Assembly: GCA_964562405.1 (NCBI GenBank)
Contig: CAZLTC010000005.1
Location: 3,381 to 67,380, forward strand
From: an uncultured bacterium
Lineage (GTDB): Bacteria > Joyebacterota > Joyebacteria > Joyebacterales > Joyebacteraceae
Direction: 5' to 3'
DNA length: 64,000 nucleotides
The notes beneath the pieces were generated by a model. It searched no databases, was not told the DNA's origin, and was given only the letters and a program-made list of their open reading frames with translations. Numbering within the stretch: the first letter of the stretch is position 1; the number at the start of each line of letters is the position of its first letter. The translations under genes were made by a program, and so were the position numbers. Positions 18,211 to 28,628 of the stretch are shown here, in pieces.

Positions 18211-19616
18211 TGGTGAGCACGGTGCAGAGTCTTCCAAGACGGATCATGGCAGTTGCTGCGGACTCGATCTTCTGGAGAGTGCTGAAGAAGAGCGACCAGC
18301 TGCGTTTGGCACGCGAGTTCAAACGGGAGCAGTGGGACAGCGTTACCGAGTTCACTGCGAGGCAAGATCGCCTGCTTGCGGGATTGCTGGTCCATGCGAA
18401 GAACCGCGTGCCCTTCTACTCACGGCAGATCGGGTTCCTCTCGGACGAGGACATACTCAACGACCCGAGAAGTGCGCTCTACGAGTTCCCTCTTCTGACA
18501 CGAGAGAAGCTGCGGACCGAGTTGGATGATCTCTGGACAGAGATGGAGCGCGGGACGTACAGGAACTCCACGGGTGGGTCAACGGGTGTCCCCGTCACGT
18601 TCTATCAGGATCACACGTACCTGGACGCCGCGCTGGCCGTAACGCGGTTATTCTACTCCTGGGCCGGTCTGCGGCCCGGAGAGCGCCTGCTGAGACTATG
18701 GGGGGCGAGGCGGGACATGGCCCGCGGTCCGAGAGAGCTGCCGAGGAAGATTCTCGAGTCCGCAACGAACACCCGTACGTTGGGCGCATTCAGTATGAGT
18801 CCGGACGATATGAGGGAATACTGCACGACCATCTCCACCTTTCGTCCGGTGGCCATAGAAGGCTATGCGGACTCCTTGTACGAACTGGCGCGGTACGTTG
18901 ATGGTGAGTCCGTATCCGTCCCGGCACCGAGGTGCATCATCGCCAGCGCCGGCACGCTCTATCCTCACATGAGGACGCTGATCTCCTGCGCTTTTGGGGC
19001 ACCGGTCTTCGACCGTTACGGATCCCGCGAAGCGGGGAATGTCGCGGCTGAGTGCGGCACGGGGCAAGGACTTCACGTTCACGGCGAGACCTCTCTTGTG
19101 GAAGTAGTTGACTCACAGGACCGCGAGGTTGGTAGGGGGGAGACCGGACGACTTCTGATCACGAACCTGTGGAACTATACGATGCCTTTCATACGATACG
19201 AGATAGGGGACGATGCAACGAGAGGCGGGGACGAATGTCCTTGCGGACGGCCCTATCCCCTACTCGAACGGTTAACTGGACGATCCGGAGCCTCCTTTCG
19301 CACGGAAAAGGGGGGGGTCGTGGTCCCTGAGTTCTTCATCCATGTGATCGGCGTGGAGTTCCGCGACCTCGGCATCAGAAAGTTCCAGGTGATCCAGGAG
19401 CGAGTGGATCTCCTCGTCGTCAAGATCGTCATGGACGCGACCGACGGCCAGGAGCCTCGGCGCATCGTGGAACCTCTCGCAGACCGCATCAGACAGGAGA
19501 TGGGTCCCGGATGTCGCGTCGATCTTGAATTCGTCGCCGACATCCCGCCGACACCGACAGGGAAGCATCTATACACTATCAGCAGACTCCCGCGTCGGAG
19601 TAAGGCCGATCTCTAG
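18210..19616 (+). CDS. Phenylacetate-CoA ligase-like adenylate-forming enzyme (CapK / coenzyme F390 synthetase family), paralog 1
   Basis: ATG overlaps the capA stop (TGATG). YRNSTGGSTGVPVTFYQDH is the AMP-binding P-loop analogue; ...YGSREAGNVAAECG...RYEIGD...G is the PaaK-like core. This family accompanies capsule loci. Confidence 0.75.
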   Translation: MVSTVQSLPRRIMAVAADSIFWRVLKKSDQLRLAREFKREQWDSVTEFTARQDRLLAGLLVHAKNRVPFYSRQIGFLSDEDILNDPRSALYEFPLLTREKLRTELDDLWTEMERGTYRNSTGGSTGVPVTFYQDHTYLDAALAVTRLFYSWAGLRPGERLLRLWGARRDMARGPRELPRKILESATNTRTLGAFSMSPDDMREYCTTISTFRPVAIEGYADSLYELARYVDGESVSVPAPRCIIASAGTLYPHMRTLISCAFGAPVFDRYGSREAGNVAAECGTGQGLHVHGETSLVEVVDSQDREVGRGETGRLLITNLWNYTMPFIRYEIGDDATRGGDECPCGRPYPLLERLTGRSGASFRTEKGGVVVPEFFIHVIGVEFRDLGIRKFQVIQERVDLLVVKIVMDATDGQEPRRIVEPLADRIRQEMGPGCRVDLEFVADIPPTPTGKHLYTISRLPRRSKADL

Positions 19617-19697
19617 AGGGATGTGTGCGTTCTGGCGCGGTCGGTGATCGATCGGCCTGACGCGGCCTGCCCGAGACAGCACTGAGGTGGTGGCCGG

Positions 19698-20909
19698 ATG
19701 TCTCACATGTTGGCAGGAACCGCATCCTCTCTTCCACTGTCGATCGCGACGCGCGCCGCTCTGGCGGGCGTCGTGGGCAGCGTGGTCCTCTTCGGCTTCA
19801 CCCCGGAGACGCAGCTTCCCTTCTACGCGGTGATGAGCGCGTCCATTCTCGTGTACACGCTAGCCCGGGGCCGGGCGATCATCGGTTCGCTGGCGAGGTA
19901 TCTCTCTTCGAGCACGATGATCTGGCGCTGGGTCTTCATCGCTTGGGCCGTGGCCTCGCTCTTCTGGGCCTCCCGCGCGAACAGCCTGGACAGGATGGTA
20001 ACGCTGCTCGAGATACACGTCGTCGGGCTCGTGCTGTACGATGCGGCGCGCGAGCTCCGGGCGACGAGATGGATCCTGACCTGCGTGTTCGTGGCCGCGT
20101 CGGTGGGGTCGGCGCATGCGATCATCACCGGGATCGGCTCCGGAGAGACACGCCTTCAGGGCATGTACCGTAACCCCAACCTCCTGGCCGTTACACTCGT
20201 CATGGGTCTCGCGGCGTTCACCGCGGGCGCCGATCTGGGAAGGAGCCGGTTCGCGCGGGTCCTGGCCCACGCGCTGGCGCTCGTCATACTCGCCGGCATC
20301 GTATCGGCGGCGTCCCTGAAGGGCGTCGTTGGCGTGGTGTGCGTGTGGGTGATAGGACTGATGCTGTGGCGTACGCGGAGGCGCATCGTGGCCCAACTCG
20401 CAGTGGCCGGAACGGCTGCCGCGCTCGCGGTGCCGGCGGCGGCCGCGTTCCGGGTCTACTGGGAGAGAACGGTCTACCGCGTCGCCATCACGGCGTCGGC
20501 CATCGGGTCGGACGCCGGCGTCAGCAACAGTCTCGTCGAGCGTGTGAGGTTCGCCAAGAAGGGGCTGGGTTACATCGCCGAGGCTCCGCTCCGCGGTCAC
20601 GGCCTGGGCGCGTTCAGCTGGCTGTCGGGAGAGGGTACGTACGCACACAACAACGCCATAGAGGTCGGCGTGTCGGTTGGCGTGGTCGGACTCGTGCTCT
20701 ACTATCTCCTGCATGCCGTGGTTCTCTATCGTGGGATGTCGCTGCGGCGCAGCGACTCGCTCGGTTCTAGGTTCATCATCATCTTCGTTCCCACGCTACT
20801 GCTTCTCGACGCCGCCGCGGTCTCGTATCTGATGAAGCTCCCCACGCTTCTCCTTATAATGTGCGCGGGGTGGGTGGACGCAAGGCTCGCGGCCCGGGAG
20901 ACGGCTTGA
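19698..20909 (+). CDS. wzy: Wzy-type polysaccharide polymerase / O-antigen ligase family membrane protein
   Basis: 403 aa, about 10-12 TM. Periplasmic loop motif RGHGLGAFSWLSGEGTYAHNNAIEVG is typical of the Wzy_C/O-antigen ligase domain. Confidence 0.75.
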   Translation: MSHMLAGTASSLPLSIATRAALAGVVGSVVLFGFTPETQLPFYAVMSASILVYTLARGRAIIGSLARYLSSSTMIWRWVFIAWAVASLFWASRANSLDRMVTLLEIHVVGLVLYDAARELRATRWILTCVFVAASVGSAHAIITGIGSGETRLQGMYRNPNLLAVTLVMGLAAFTAGADLGRSRFARVLAHALALVILAGIVSAASLKGVVGVVCVWVIGLMLWRTRRRIVAQLAVAGTAAALAVPAAAAFRVYWERTVYRVAITASAIGSDAGVSNSLVERVRFAKKGLGYIAEAPLRGHGLGAFSWLSGEGTYAHNNAIEVGVSVGVVGLVLYYLLHAVVLYRGMSLRRSDSLGSRFIIIFVPTLLLLDAAAVSYLMKLPTLLLIMCAGWVDARLAARETA

Positions 20910-22024
20910 GGATCCTGCACCTGATAGACTCGCTGGCTCCCGGCGGCGCGCAGCGGCAGCTCGTCACGCTGCTCGGTGCCCTGGAGCCGGCCGAAGCGGA
21001 GAGCGCCGTCGCCGTCTATCACAAGATCGACCACTTCCGTCCCGAGGTCGAGGCGTCGGGCTCGAGCCTGTATGAGCTCGGAGGCGCCGGAGGGCGCGAC
21101 CCGCGCGTTCCGTTTCGGCTCGGCGCGCTGATGCGCCGGGGACGATACGACCTGGTGCACAGCTGGCTGCGGACGCCCGGCGTCATCGCGAGGGTGGCGT
21201 CTACGCTGGTGGACGGTCCACCGGTTGTCGTCTCCGAACGGAACACGGATCTTGGAATGTCGAGGCGGTCGGTGGCGATCGAGCGGCTTCTCGCGAGATG
21301 CGCGCGCCTCATGATCGTCAACGCGGAAGCGATCGGCCGGAACGTCGAGAGGCTCGTCCCTGCGTGGAAGGGCAGGATAAGGGTCGTCCACAACGGATTC
21401 AGATGGACGGAGCCCACGGAGCGAGAGCTGTCGCTGTCACGTGCCTTCCGACGCGAGCACGCACGGGACAACGACGTCCTGCTGGGCGTCGTGGGGCGCG
21501 TCGAGCCTCAGAAGGCGCCGCTGCTGCTGCTCGAGGCACTGGAGATGCTCTCGGACCCGGCGCTGTCGCGATTGAGAGTGGTCTGGATCGGGAAGGCGAT
21601 CGACTCGGCTCTCGTCGAGACGGCGGTGGCGCGGGCGAGGACACCCCGGCTGGCGGGGCGATTCGAGTTCCTTCCCGAGACGCGGGACATCGGAGGCGTC
21701 TATACGGCGCTCGACGGTCTCGTTCTGCCGTCGCGGTGGGAGGGCTTCCCGAACGCGGTGCTCGAGGCCCTGGGGCACGGCAGGCCCGTGGTGGCCACTG
21801 ACGTCGGCGACACCTCGAAGCTCGTGCTCGATGGCGTGACCGGGTGGCTCGTGCCACCGGAGGACCCACGGGCGCTGGCCGCGGCACTGGAGGCGCTCGT
21901 CAGCTCACCTCCGGCGAGGCTTCGCGAGATGGGCGAGGAGGGAGCGAGGCTTGCCCGGGTCGACTACTCCGACACGAGACTTGCGGACGGTACCATGTCC
22001 GTCTACAGGGAGGCGCTGGCATGA
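20906..22024 (+). CDS. Glycosyltransferase family 4 (GT-B; Glycos_transf_1)
   Basis: Likely TTG start (GGGAGA RBS) giving LRILHLIDSLAPGGAQRQL. C-terminal domain with RWEGFPNAVLEALGHGRPVVATDVGD (EX7E motif). An alternative GTG start at 20861 is possible. Confidence 0.75.
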   Translation: MRILHLIDSLAPGGAQRQLVTLLGALEPAEAESAVAVYHKIDHFRPEVEASGSSLYELGGAGGRDPRVPFRLGALMRRGRYDLVHSWLRTPGVIARVASTLVDGPPVVVSERNTDLGMSRRSVAIERLLARCARLMIVNAEAIGRNVERLVPAWKGRIRVVHNGFRWTEPTERELSLSRAFRREHARDNDVLLGVVGRVEPQKAPLLLLEALEMLSDPALSRLRVVWIGKAIDSALVETAVARARTPRLAGRFEFLPETRDIGGVYTALDGLVLPSRWEGFPNAVLEALGHGRPVVATDVGDTSKLVLDGVTGWLVPPEDPRALAAALEALVSSPPARLREMGEEGARLARVDYSDTRLADGTMSVYREALA

Positions 22025-22067
22025 CAGGCGGAAGCGCCGCCTCCGGCGTCCGCGTGGAGGTAGTGGC

Positions 22068-23132
22068 ATGACGACGGGAGGGACGCTCGTCATCATGATG
22101 GCAGGTCCGGTGCCTCCGCCGCTCGGAGGCACCACGGTGCTGTTCGACTCGCTCGCGAAGGCGCTCTCGTCCCGTCCAGATGTCGACACGCGTGTCGTCG
22201 GGACCGGAGGGGTCCGGGGGAGAGGTCCGGGCACGCCGGCCGCGCTCGTGCGGCTCAGGCGCGAGATCGCGACGAACCTCCGCGGAGCCGACGTGGCCGC
22301 CCTGCACGTCTCGACGAGCGCGCTGCATCTGATGGCGCCGCTCTTTGCACGGGAGTGTGCCGCGGCGGGCGTTCCGATCATCATCCGCAAGTTCGGTGGA
22401 ACCGACTTCATGGACTACTCGCTGCTTCGGCGCGCGCTCATACTCCGCACGCTCAGGCGAGCGGACCTCTATCTGGCTGAGACGCGGGAGCTGGTGAGCG
22501 TCGCCGGGCGCGAGGGCCTCGACCGTGTGCGTTGGTTCCCTAACAGCCGGCCGATGCCGCCACTTCCTGATGAAGCGCCCGGGCGGCGCTGCAGCCGATT
22601 CGTCTTCCTCGGCCAGGTGCATCGCACCAAGGGCGTGCGCGAGCTCATCGAGGCTGGCGAGAAGATGCAGGACGGTGTGGTAGTGGACGTCTACGGGACG
22701 CTCGGCCACGACATCGCCAAGAGCGAGTTCGACGGCCTGACTCGCGTTCGATATCGGGGAAGCGTGGACGCGGTGGACGTGCACGACGTTCTGTCCCGTT
22801 ACGACGCGCTCGTCCTGCCCAGCTACCACTCGGGCGAGGGGTATCCGGGGGTGGTGCTGGAAGCGTTCGGAGCGGGCCTTCCGGTCGTCGTCACCCGGTG
22901 GCGCGCGCTGCCCGAGATCGTCGACGACAGCTGCGGAGTTCTGGTTGAACCGCGGAGCGCCGTCGACCTCGAGAGGGCGATGAGGCTTCTCGTCTCGGAC
23001 GCGCAGCTCTACTCGAGGCTGCGCGAGGGAGTGAGGATCAGGCGCGAGGAGTTCTCCGATTCGGTGTGGAACGAGAGGTTCGTGCAGATGTGTCGCGAGG
23101 TCGCGATCGGACGGCGTGACGATAGGGAGTGA
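22068..23132 (+). CDS. Glycosyltransferase family 4 (second GT-B)
   Basis: ATG 22068 after GGAGG. ...VFLGQVHRTKGV...PSYHSGEGYPGVVLEAFGAGLPVVVTRW is the GT4 signature. Confidence 0.75.
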   Translation: MTTGGTLVIMMAGPVPPPLGGTTVLFDSLAKALSSRPDVDTRVVGTGGVRGRGPGTPAALVRLRREIATNLRGADVAALHVSTSALHLMAPLFARECAAAGVPIIIRKFGGTDFMDYSLLRRALILRTLRRADLYLAETRELVSVAGREGLDRVRWFPNSRPMPPLPDEAPGRRCSRFVFLGQVHRTKGVRELIEAGEKMQDGVVVDVYGTLGHDIAKSEFDGLTRVRYRGSVDAVDVHDVLSRYDALVLPSYHSGEGYPGVVLEAFGAGLPVVVTRWRALPEIVDDSCGVLVEPRSAVDLERAMRLLVSDAQLYSRLREGVRIRREEFSDSVWNERFVQMCREVAIGRRDDRE

Positions 23133-24507
23133 GGGCGTGGGATTCGAGAGCAGACGCAGGCTGTACGAATCAATGCCGTCGTGGCTCAAGGCCGGCGTTA
23201 GGCTCGTGCCTTTCGGTTGGATCGCCGGCCCTTCGTACAGACGTACCATGGCGCGGGCGAAGCGCTTCGAGCGGGCGTCCGCCGCGGAGATCCTGACCTG
23301 GACCGAGAAGGCCCTCCGCGAGATACTCGATTTCGCCACCTCCGAGGTGCCGGCGTACCGTCCTCACAGGGGAGACTTCGAGCGCCACAGGCCGTTCGAG
23401 GCCCTTAAGGCGTTCCCGCTTCTCGACAAGGACGCGCTGCAGGAGAGATGGCCCGAGTACCTCCCGCGCAGGCTGTCGGAGCTCCCTCATTACGAGATCT
23501 CGACGGGCGGAACGAGCGGGAACCAGCTCCGGTTCCTGGTCGACGACGACTCGCAATCGGTGGAGACCGCGTTCGTCCACCGCGTCTGGAGCTGGGTGGG
23601 ATACACCCCGAGGTCCACCAAGGCGACGTTTCGCGGCGTGACCTTCGCGAACCTGCCGCCGGGCGTCTACTGGCAGTCGAATCCGATCTACGGGGAGCTT
23701 CAGTTCTCTCCGTTCCACATGAACGAGAAGACGCTTCCCGCATACATGGAGCGCCTCGTGAGCTTCGCCCCGGACTTCCTGCATGGCTATCCGTCGGCCA
23801 TCGACACGCTCGCGGAGTATGTGCTCCGAACCGGAGCCGCCGAGAGGATCCCGCCGATCAAGGCGGCGCTGCTCGCGTCGGAAGCGTGCGGGCCCGACCA
23901 GCGCGAGCGGATAGCGCGCGCGTTCGGGACCAGGGTCTTCCCGATATACGGTCACAGCGAGAGGCTCATCCTTGGCGCCGAGTGCGAGCGTGAGCACGTC
24001 TACCATCACGTTCCGGACTACGGCGTCCTCGAGATCGTCACCGCGGACGGCTCGCCGTGCTCGACCGAGGGAGAGAGGGGAGAGCTGGTGGGCACCGGAC
24101 TGCACAACCGCTCCATGCCGCTCATCCGGTACAGGACCGGCGACCTGGCGACACGCATGGAGCGCGCCTGTTCGTGCGGCCGCTCATGGGAGCGTTTCAC
24201 GGACGTGGAGGGGCGATGGAAGCAGGATTTCCTGCAGGGCAGGGACGGCGCCAGGATCTCCCTGACCGCGCTCAACATGCACGGTCCCGTCCTGCGGAAC
24301 GTCGTCAGATACCAGTACGTGCAAAGCGAACCGGGGATCGCGGTGTTCCGTGTCGTGCCTTCCCCCGAGTTCGGGGAAGAGGATCGGCGCGGGATCGAAA
24401 CCGCCTTCCATGACAAGGTCGGCGACCAGATAGATCTGAGCGTGGAGGTCGTCGATTCCATTGAGCTGACCGAACGCGGGAAGCTCAGGAGGCTCGTTCT
24501 CGAGTAG
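23116..24507 (+). CDS. Phenylacetate-CoA ligase-like adenylate-forming enzyme (CapK family), paralog 2
   Basis: STGGTSGNQLRFLVDDD, IYGHSERLILGAECE, IRYRTGDLATR align with paralog 1 (18210..19616). Start ambiguous (GTG 23116, GTG 23137 or ATG 23173). Confidence 0.7.
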   Translation: MTIGSEGVGFESRRRLYESMPSWLKAGVRLVPFGWIAGPSYRRTMARAKRFERASAAEILTWTEKALREILDFATSEVPAYRPHRGDFERHRPFEALKAFPLLDKDALQERWPEYLPRRLSELPHYEISTGGTSGNQLRFLVDDDSQSVETAFVHRVWSWVGYTPRSTKATFRGVTFANLPPGVYWQSNPIYGELQFSPFHMNEKTLPAYMERLVSFAPDFLHGYPSAIDTLAEYVLRTGAAERIPPIKAALLASEACGPDQRERIARAFGTRVFPIYGHSERLILGAECEREHVYHHVPDYGVLEIVTADGSPCSTEGERGELVGTGLHNRSMPLIRYRTGDLATRMERACSCGRSWERFTDVEGRWKQDFLQGRDGARISLTALNMHGPVLRNVVRYQYVQSEPGIAVFRVVPSPEFGEEDRRGIETAFHDKVGDQIDLSVEVVDSIELTERGKLRRLVLE

Positions 24508-24527
24508 CACGCGGGATGGAGTGCCGC

Positions 24528-26183
24528 ATGACAGGCGTCGGTAGATACGCGCGAACGCTGCGCTACCTGCGGGTCAGACAGATCGTAGCGCGGGCGCTCA
24601 GGATGGCCGTCCGGGCGTGCCCGAGTGCGGCTGAGCGCCCACCGCTCCGCGAACGGCGGGCCGGCATCGCTGAACCTCCGGCACGCGAGCCCGAGTGGCT
24701 CGCGATGGACAGGGTCAGGATCCTCAATGTCGAGAGGGAGATGCCCGGCGGCATAGGCTGGGAGCCCGATGACGTTCCGAGGCTCTGGAAGTACCACCTC
24801 CACTACTTCTCCGACCTGCCCGGCCGAGCGCGGGACGAGAGTTCTGCGTGGCTTGCCGACGTCGTACGGTCTTGGATCTCCTCCTGCCCTCCGGGGACCA
24901 GAGACGCCTGGGACCCCTACCCGACCTCGCTCCGGGTCATGAACTGGACGAAGTGGCTGCTGCAGCTTCCGGACGAACAACGCGACGAGGAGATGCTCCA
25001 GAGCCTTGCGGTTCAGGTCAGGCAACTGGAGCGTTCGGTCGAGCATGACATCTCGGGGAACCACATCTTCGCGAACGCGTCAGCGCTGTGCGCTGCTGGG
25101 CTTCTGTTTGACGGCGAGGAGGCCGCGCGCTGGCTTTCCGCCGGACGGAGGCTGCTCGGCCGAGAGCTCGGGGAACAGGTGCTCCCGGACGGTGGACACT
25201 ACGAGCGCTCTCCCATGTATCACGCGATCGTCCTCGAGCAGATCCTCGACGTCCTCAACATCTCGCAGGGGCTGCCGGGCCATGAGGGCGCCGCGCTCGA
25301 GGGATTCAGAGCAGAGCTCACGTCCGCGGCCGAACGCATGCTCCCGTGGCTCGTCACGATGACTCACCCGGACGGGGGGCCTTCGTTCTTCAACGACACG
25401 ACGATGGGTGTGGCTCCCGCGCTCGAGCAGCTCCTGGCCTACGCATCGAGACTCGGGCTGGAGCTTCCGCCCGCGAGCGCCGCTGGCACCACGGCCCTCC
25501 AAGAGAGCGGCTACTTCCGGCTCGTGTCCGACCGCGGCGACACCGTGGTCATCTTCGACGCCGGTCCGATCGGTCCGGACCACCAGCCCGGGCACGGCCA
25601 CTGCGATGTGCTGTCGTTCGAGGTCTCCAGGGCGGGGAGGAGAGTGCTCGTGAACTCGGGCGTGTCCACATACGAGCCCGGACCCGAGCGCCTCAGGCAG
25701 CGCGGAACCTCGGCCCACAACTCCGCGCGCGTCGACGGGGAGGAGTCGTGCGAGCTCTGGGGCTCTCACAGGTGCGGCAGGAGACACGGGATCCTCTCGG
25801 CCTCGCTGTCAGGACGGACCGCGGAGGGAATTCACACGGGCTTCGCGCATCTCCCGGGCAGTCCCTTCCATCACAGGAGCGTCGAGGTGTCCGAGGGCGG
25901 CGTCCACATTCGGGACGGGTTCGACGGCGAGGGAGAACACCTCGTCGAATGGTGGCTGCGCGTCCATCCGGATCTTGAGGCGCGCGCCGAGCGCGGGGGC
26001 TTTGTCCTGCGGGCAGGCGGGAGCGTAGTGGGGCTGCTCCGGTTCCCGCCTGAGACCGCACCGTCTCTCGGAGAGTCCACCTGGCATCCAGGCTTCAATC
26101 TATGCCGGCCCTGTCCGATCGTAACAGCCACGTGGCGCGGACGGTTGCCCGCTGACTTCGAGTTCGAGATCATCTGGGAGTAG
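24528..26183 (+). CDS. Heparinase II/III-like protein (Hepar_II_III family; in biosynthetic loci usually a non-lytic modifying enzyme)
   Basis: WKYHLHYFSDL...VMNWTKWLL...GNHIFANASALCAAGLLF...DGGHYERSPMYHAIVLEQ...HGHCDVLSFEV match heparinase II/III-like N- and C-domain motifs as seen in O-antigen/capsule loci (from memory of the family). Confidence 0.65.
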   Translation: MTGVGRYARTLRYLRVRQIVARALRMAVRACPSAAERPPLRERRAGIAEPPAREPEWLAMDRVRILNVEREMPGGIGWEPDDVPRLWKYHLHYFSDLPGRARDESSAWLADVVRSWISSCPPGTRDAWDPYPTSLRVMNWTKWLLQLPDEQRDEEMLQSLAVQVRQLERSVEHDISGNHIFANASALCAAGLLFDGEEAARWLSAGRRLLGRELGEQVLPDGGHYERSPMYHAIVLEQILDVLNISQGLPGHEGAALEGFRAELTSAAERMLPWLVTMTHPDGGPSFFNDTTMGVAPALEQLLAYASRLGLELPPASAAGTTALQESGYFRLVSDRGDTVVIFDAGPIGPDHQPGHGHCDVLSFEVSRAGRRVLVNSGVSTYEPGPERLRQRGTSAHNSARVDGEESCELWGSHRCGRRHGILSASLSGRTAEGIHTGFAHLPGSPFHHRSVEVSEGGVHIRDGFDGEGEHLVEWWLRVHPDLEARAERGGFVLRAGGSVVGLLRFPPETAPSLGESTWHPGFNLCRPCPIVTATWRGRLPADFEFEIIWE

Positions 26184-26387
26184 AGCCGCACACACGCGAC
26201 GACACCCGCGGAGCGCGAGCGGGTCCTGCGCGAACAGGGAGATGCGCGGGCACGGCCCGGAGGCGAGACGGGATTCCGGTTGCGCCGACGTCCCAATCTC
26301 TGCGAACATCCACTGATGATCTCTCATTCGGCGCCGCCCACACCGCGGTTCGCCGCTTGGTGGAGACGCGAACGTGGAGGTTGCTCC

Positions 26388-27488
26388 ATGAGAGTAGTGC
26401 TCATAGCCGGCGCCAGGCCGAATTTCATGAAGGTCGCGCCCCTCAGGGAGGCGCTCGCCCGCCGGCCTGATGTGGAGCCCATCATCGTACACACCGGCCA
26501 GCACTACGATGACATGATGTCGGCCGCCTTCTTCAGAGAGCTCAGGATACCCGCGCCCGACCGCAACCTCGGGGTAGGCTCGGCGTCACATGCGGTGCAG
26601 GCGGCTCGCATCATGCAGGCCTTCGACGCGTTTCTCGACCAGGAGGCCGTCGACGCGGTGGCCGTGGTCGGAGACGTCAACTCGACTCTCGCCTGCTCGG
26701 TGACCGCGGTGAAGAGAGGCATTCCCGTCGCTCACGTCGAGGCCGGCCTCCGCAGCTTTGATTGGAGCATGCCCGAGGAGATCAACCGGATCGTCACGGA
26801 TTCGGTATCGTCGTTCCTCTTCACGCCGTCGCGTGACGCGGACGAGAACCTGAGGAGAGAGGGGAGGTCCGACGAGGACATCTACTTCGTGGGCAACGTA
26901 ATGGTCGACACGCTCCTCAGGTTCAAGGACGAGGCGCTGGCCAGGGACGAGGTGCTGTTCCATCTGGGCCTGACGCCGGGTTCGTACGCGATGCTGACTC
27001 TGCACCGGCCGGCGAACGTCGACCAGCGGCCCGTGTTCGAGGGTGTGCTCGAGGCGATCGAGGTGATCGCGCGCGACATTCCGGTCGTCTACCCGATGCA
27101 CCCGAGGAGCGTCAAGACGCTCGAGGCGGTGGGGCTGGGTGGGCGCGCGCGGTCGATCGACGGGCTGGTGCTGACGGGGGCGCTCGGCTACATCGACTTC
27201 ATCGCTCTCGAGGGACGAGCCAAGTTCGTCATGACAGACTCCGGCGGCGTGCAGGAGGAGACGACGGTGCTTGGCGTGCCGTGCCTTACCCTTAGGCCCA
27301 ACACCGAGAGACCCGTTACGATAAGCCACGGGACCAACAGGCTCGTCGGCACCGACAAGGACGCGCTGATCGCGGCCGCGCGCGATGTCATGGGTTCCGG
27401 CGAGACAAGGACCGAGGGCCCCCCGGAGCTGTGGGACGGCCGAACCTCGGAACGCATAGCCGATGTGCTCGAGAAAGGACTGGGATGA
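26388..27488 (+). CDS. wecB: UDP-N-acetylglucosamine 2-epimerase (non-hydrolysing)
   Basis: ATG after GGAGG. MRVVLIAGARPNFMKVAPL...HTGQHYD...GDVNSTLA...HVEAGLRSFD...TDSGGVQEE is a canonical WecB/MnaA pattern. Confidence 0.9.
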   Translation: MRVVLIAGARPNFMKVAPLREALARRPDVEPIIVHTGQHYDDMMSAAFFRELRIPAPDRNLGVGSASHAVQAARIMQAFDAFLDQEAVDAVAVVGDVNSTLACSVTAVKRGIPVAHVEAGLRSFDWSMPEEINRIVTDSVSSFLFTPSRDADENLRREGRSDEDIYFVGNVMVDTLLRFKDEALARDEVLFHLGLTPGSYAMLTLHRPANVDQRPVFEGVLEAIEVIARDIPVVYPMHPRSVKTLEAVGLGGRARSIDGLVLTGALGYIDFIALEGRAKFVMTDSGGVQEETTVLGVPCLTLRPNTERPVTISHGTNRLVGTDKDALIAAARDVMGSGETRTEGPPELWDGRTSERIADVLEKGLG

Positions 27489-27492
27489 CGAC

Positions 27493-28617
27493 ATGAAGGT
27501 GCCGCTTCTGGATCTCAAGAGACAGTACCGTACGATCAAGCCCGAGATCGACACGGCGATCGAGGAGGTCGTCGAGTCGCAGGTGTTCAAGCTGGGTCCG
27601 AAGGTGACCGACTTCGAGGACCGGGTGGCGGAGTATTGCGGGACGAAGAGGGCGGTCGGCGTGGCGTCCGGCTCCGACGCGCTCCTTCTCGCGCTCATGG
27701 CGGTGGGCGTCGGCCGTGATGACGAGGTGATCACAACCCCGTACACGTTCTTCGCGACAGGCGGCGCCATCGCGCGGCTCGGGGCCGTTCCGGTGTTCGT
27801 CGACATCGACCCGCTCACGTACAACATGGACCCCGGGTTGATCGAGCAGGCGATCACGGACAGGACACGCGCCATCATGCCCGTTCACCTCTACGGCCAG
27901 TGCGCCGACATGGACCCGATCATGGAGATAGCCTGCCGCAGCGGGATCCCCGTCATCGAGGACGCCGCCCAGGCAATAGGAGCCGAGTATCGGGGTCGCC
28001 GCGCGGGTTCGATCGGTGCGCTCGGCTGCTTCAGTTTCTTCCCGAGCAAGAACCTCGGCGGGTACGGTGACGGAGGAATGATAACGACCGATGACTCAGA
28101 GGTGGCCGACCTTCTGATCAGCCTCCGCGAGCACGGCCAGACCCTCAGGGATGGCGGGCAGACCGAGATGTATCACCACTGGACGATCGGGCTCAACAGC
28201 CGGCTCGATGCGCTTCAGGCGGTCGTCCTGGCGGTGAAGCTGCGCCACCTCGATGAGTGGAGCGATGGCCGCGCGCGGAACGCGGCCTACTACCGGTCGA
28301 GGTTCGAGGGGTCGCCCGTTATGGCTCCTCACGTCCTGCCGGAGTCACGCCACATCTACAACCAGTACGTGATCCGTGTCTCCAACCGCGACGCGCTCCG
28401 CGAGCACCTCAAGGAGAACGGGATCGGCTGCGCGCTCTACTACCCCGTCCCGCTGCACCTGCAGTCGTGCTTCTCCTCGCTCGGCATGGGCTCGGGCGAT
28501 ATGCCTGAGGCCGAGAGGGCGTCGGCGGAGACGCTCTCCATACCGGTCTTCTCGCTCCTGACGGAAGAGGAGAGGGATTACGTCGCAACGACGATCCTCG
28601 GATTCGTGAGAGCGTAG
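27493..28617 (+). CDS. DegT/DnrJ/EryC1/StrS-family PLP-dependent sugar aminotransferase
   Basis: MKVPLLDLKRQY...VASGSDALLLAL...ITTPYTFFATGGAI...FSFFPSKNLGGYGDGG (Lys in SKNLG is the PLP-binding lysine) are hallmarks of the family. Confidence 0.9.
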   Translation: MKVPLLDLKRQYRTIKPEIDTAIEEVVESQVFKLGPKVTDFEDRVAEYCGTKRAVGVASGSDALLLALMAVGVGRDDEVITTPYTFFATGGAIARLGAVPVFVDIDPLTYNMDPGLIEQAITDRTRAIMPVHLYGQCADMDPIMEIACRSGIPVIEDAAQAIGAEYRGRRAGSIGALGCFSFFPSKNLGGYGDGGMITTDDSEVADLLISLREHGQTLRDGGQTEMYHHWTIGLNSRLDALQAVVLAVKLRHLDEWSDGRARNAAYYRSRFEGSPVMAPHVLPESRHIYNQYVIRVSNRDALREHLKENGIGCALYYPVPLHLQSCFSSLGMGSGDMPEAERASAETLSIPVFSLLTEEERDYVATTILGFVRA

Positions 28618-28628
28618 GGGGCTTAAGG

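Noticed and set aside
21900-23339. 479-aa minus-strand ORF across the two GT4 genes
   Set aside because: Antisense GC-artifact (Arg/Pro/Ala-rich) with no recognisable motifs. The plus-strand genes have clear GT4 signatures.
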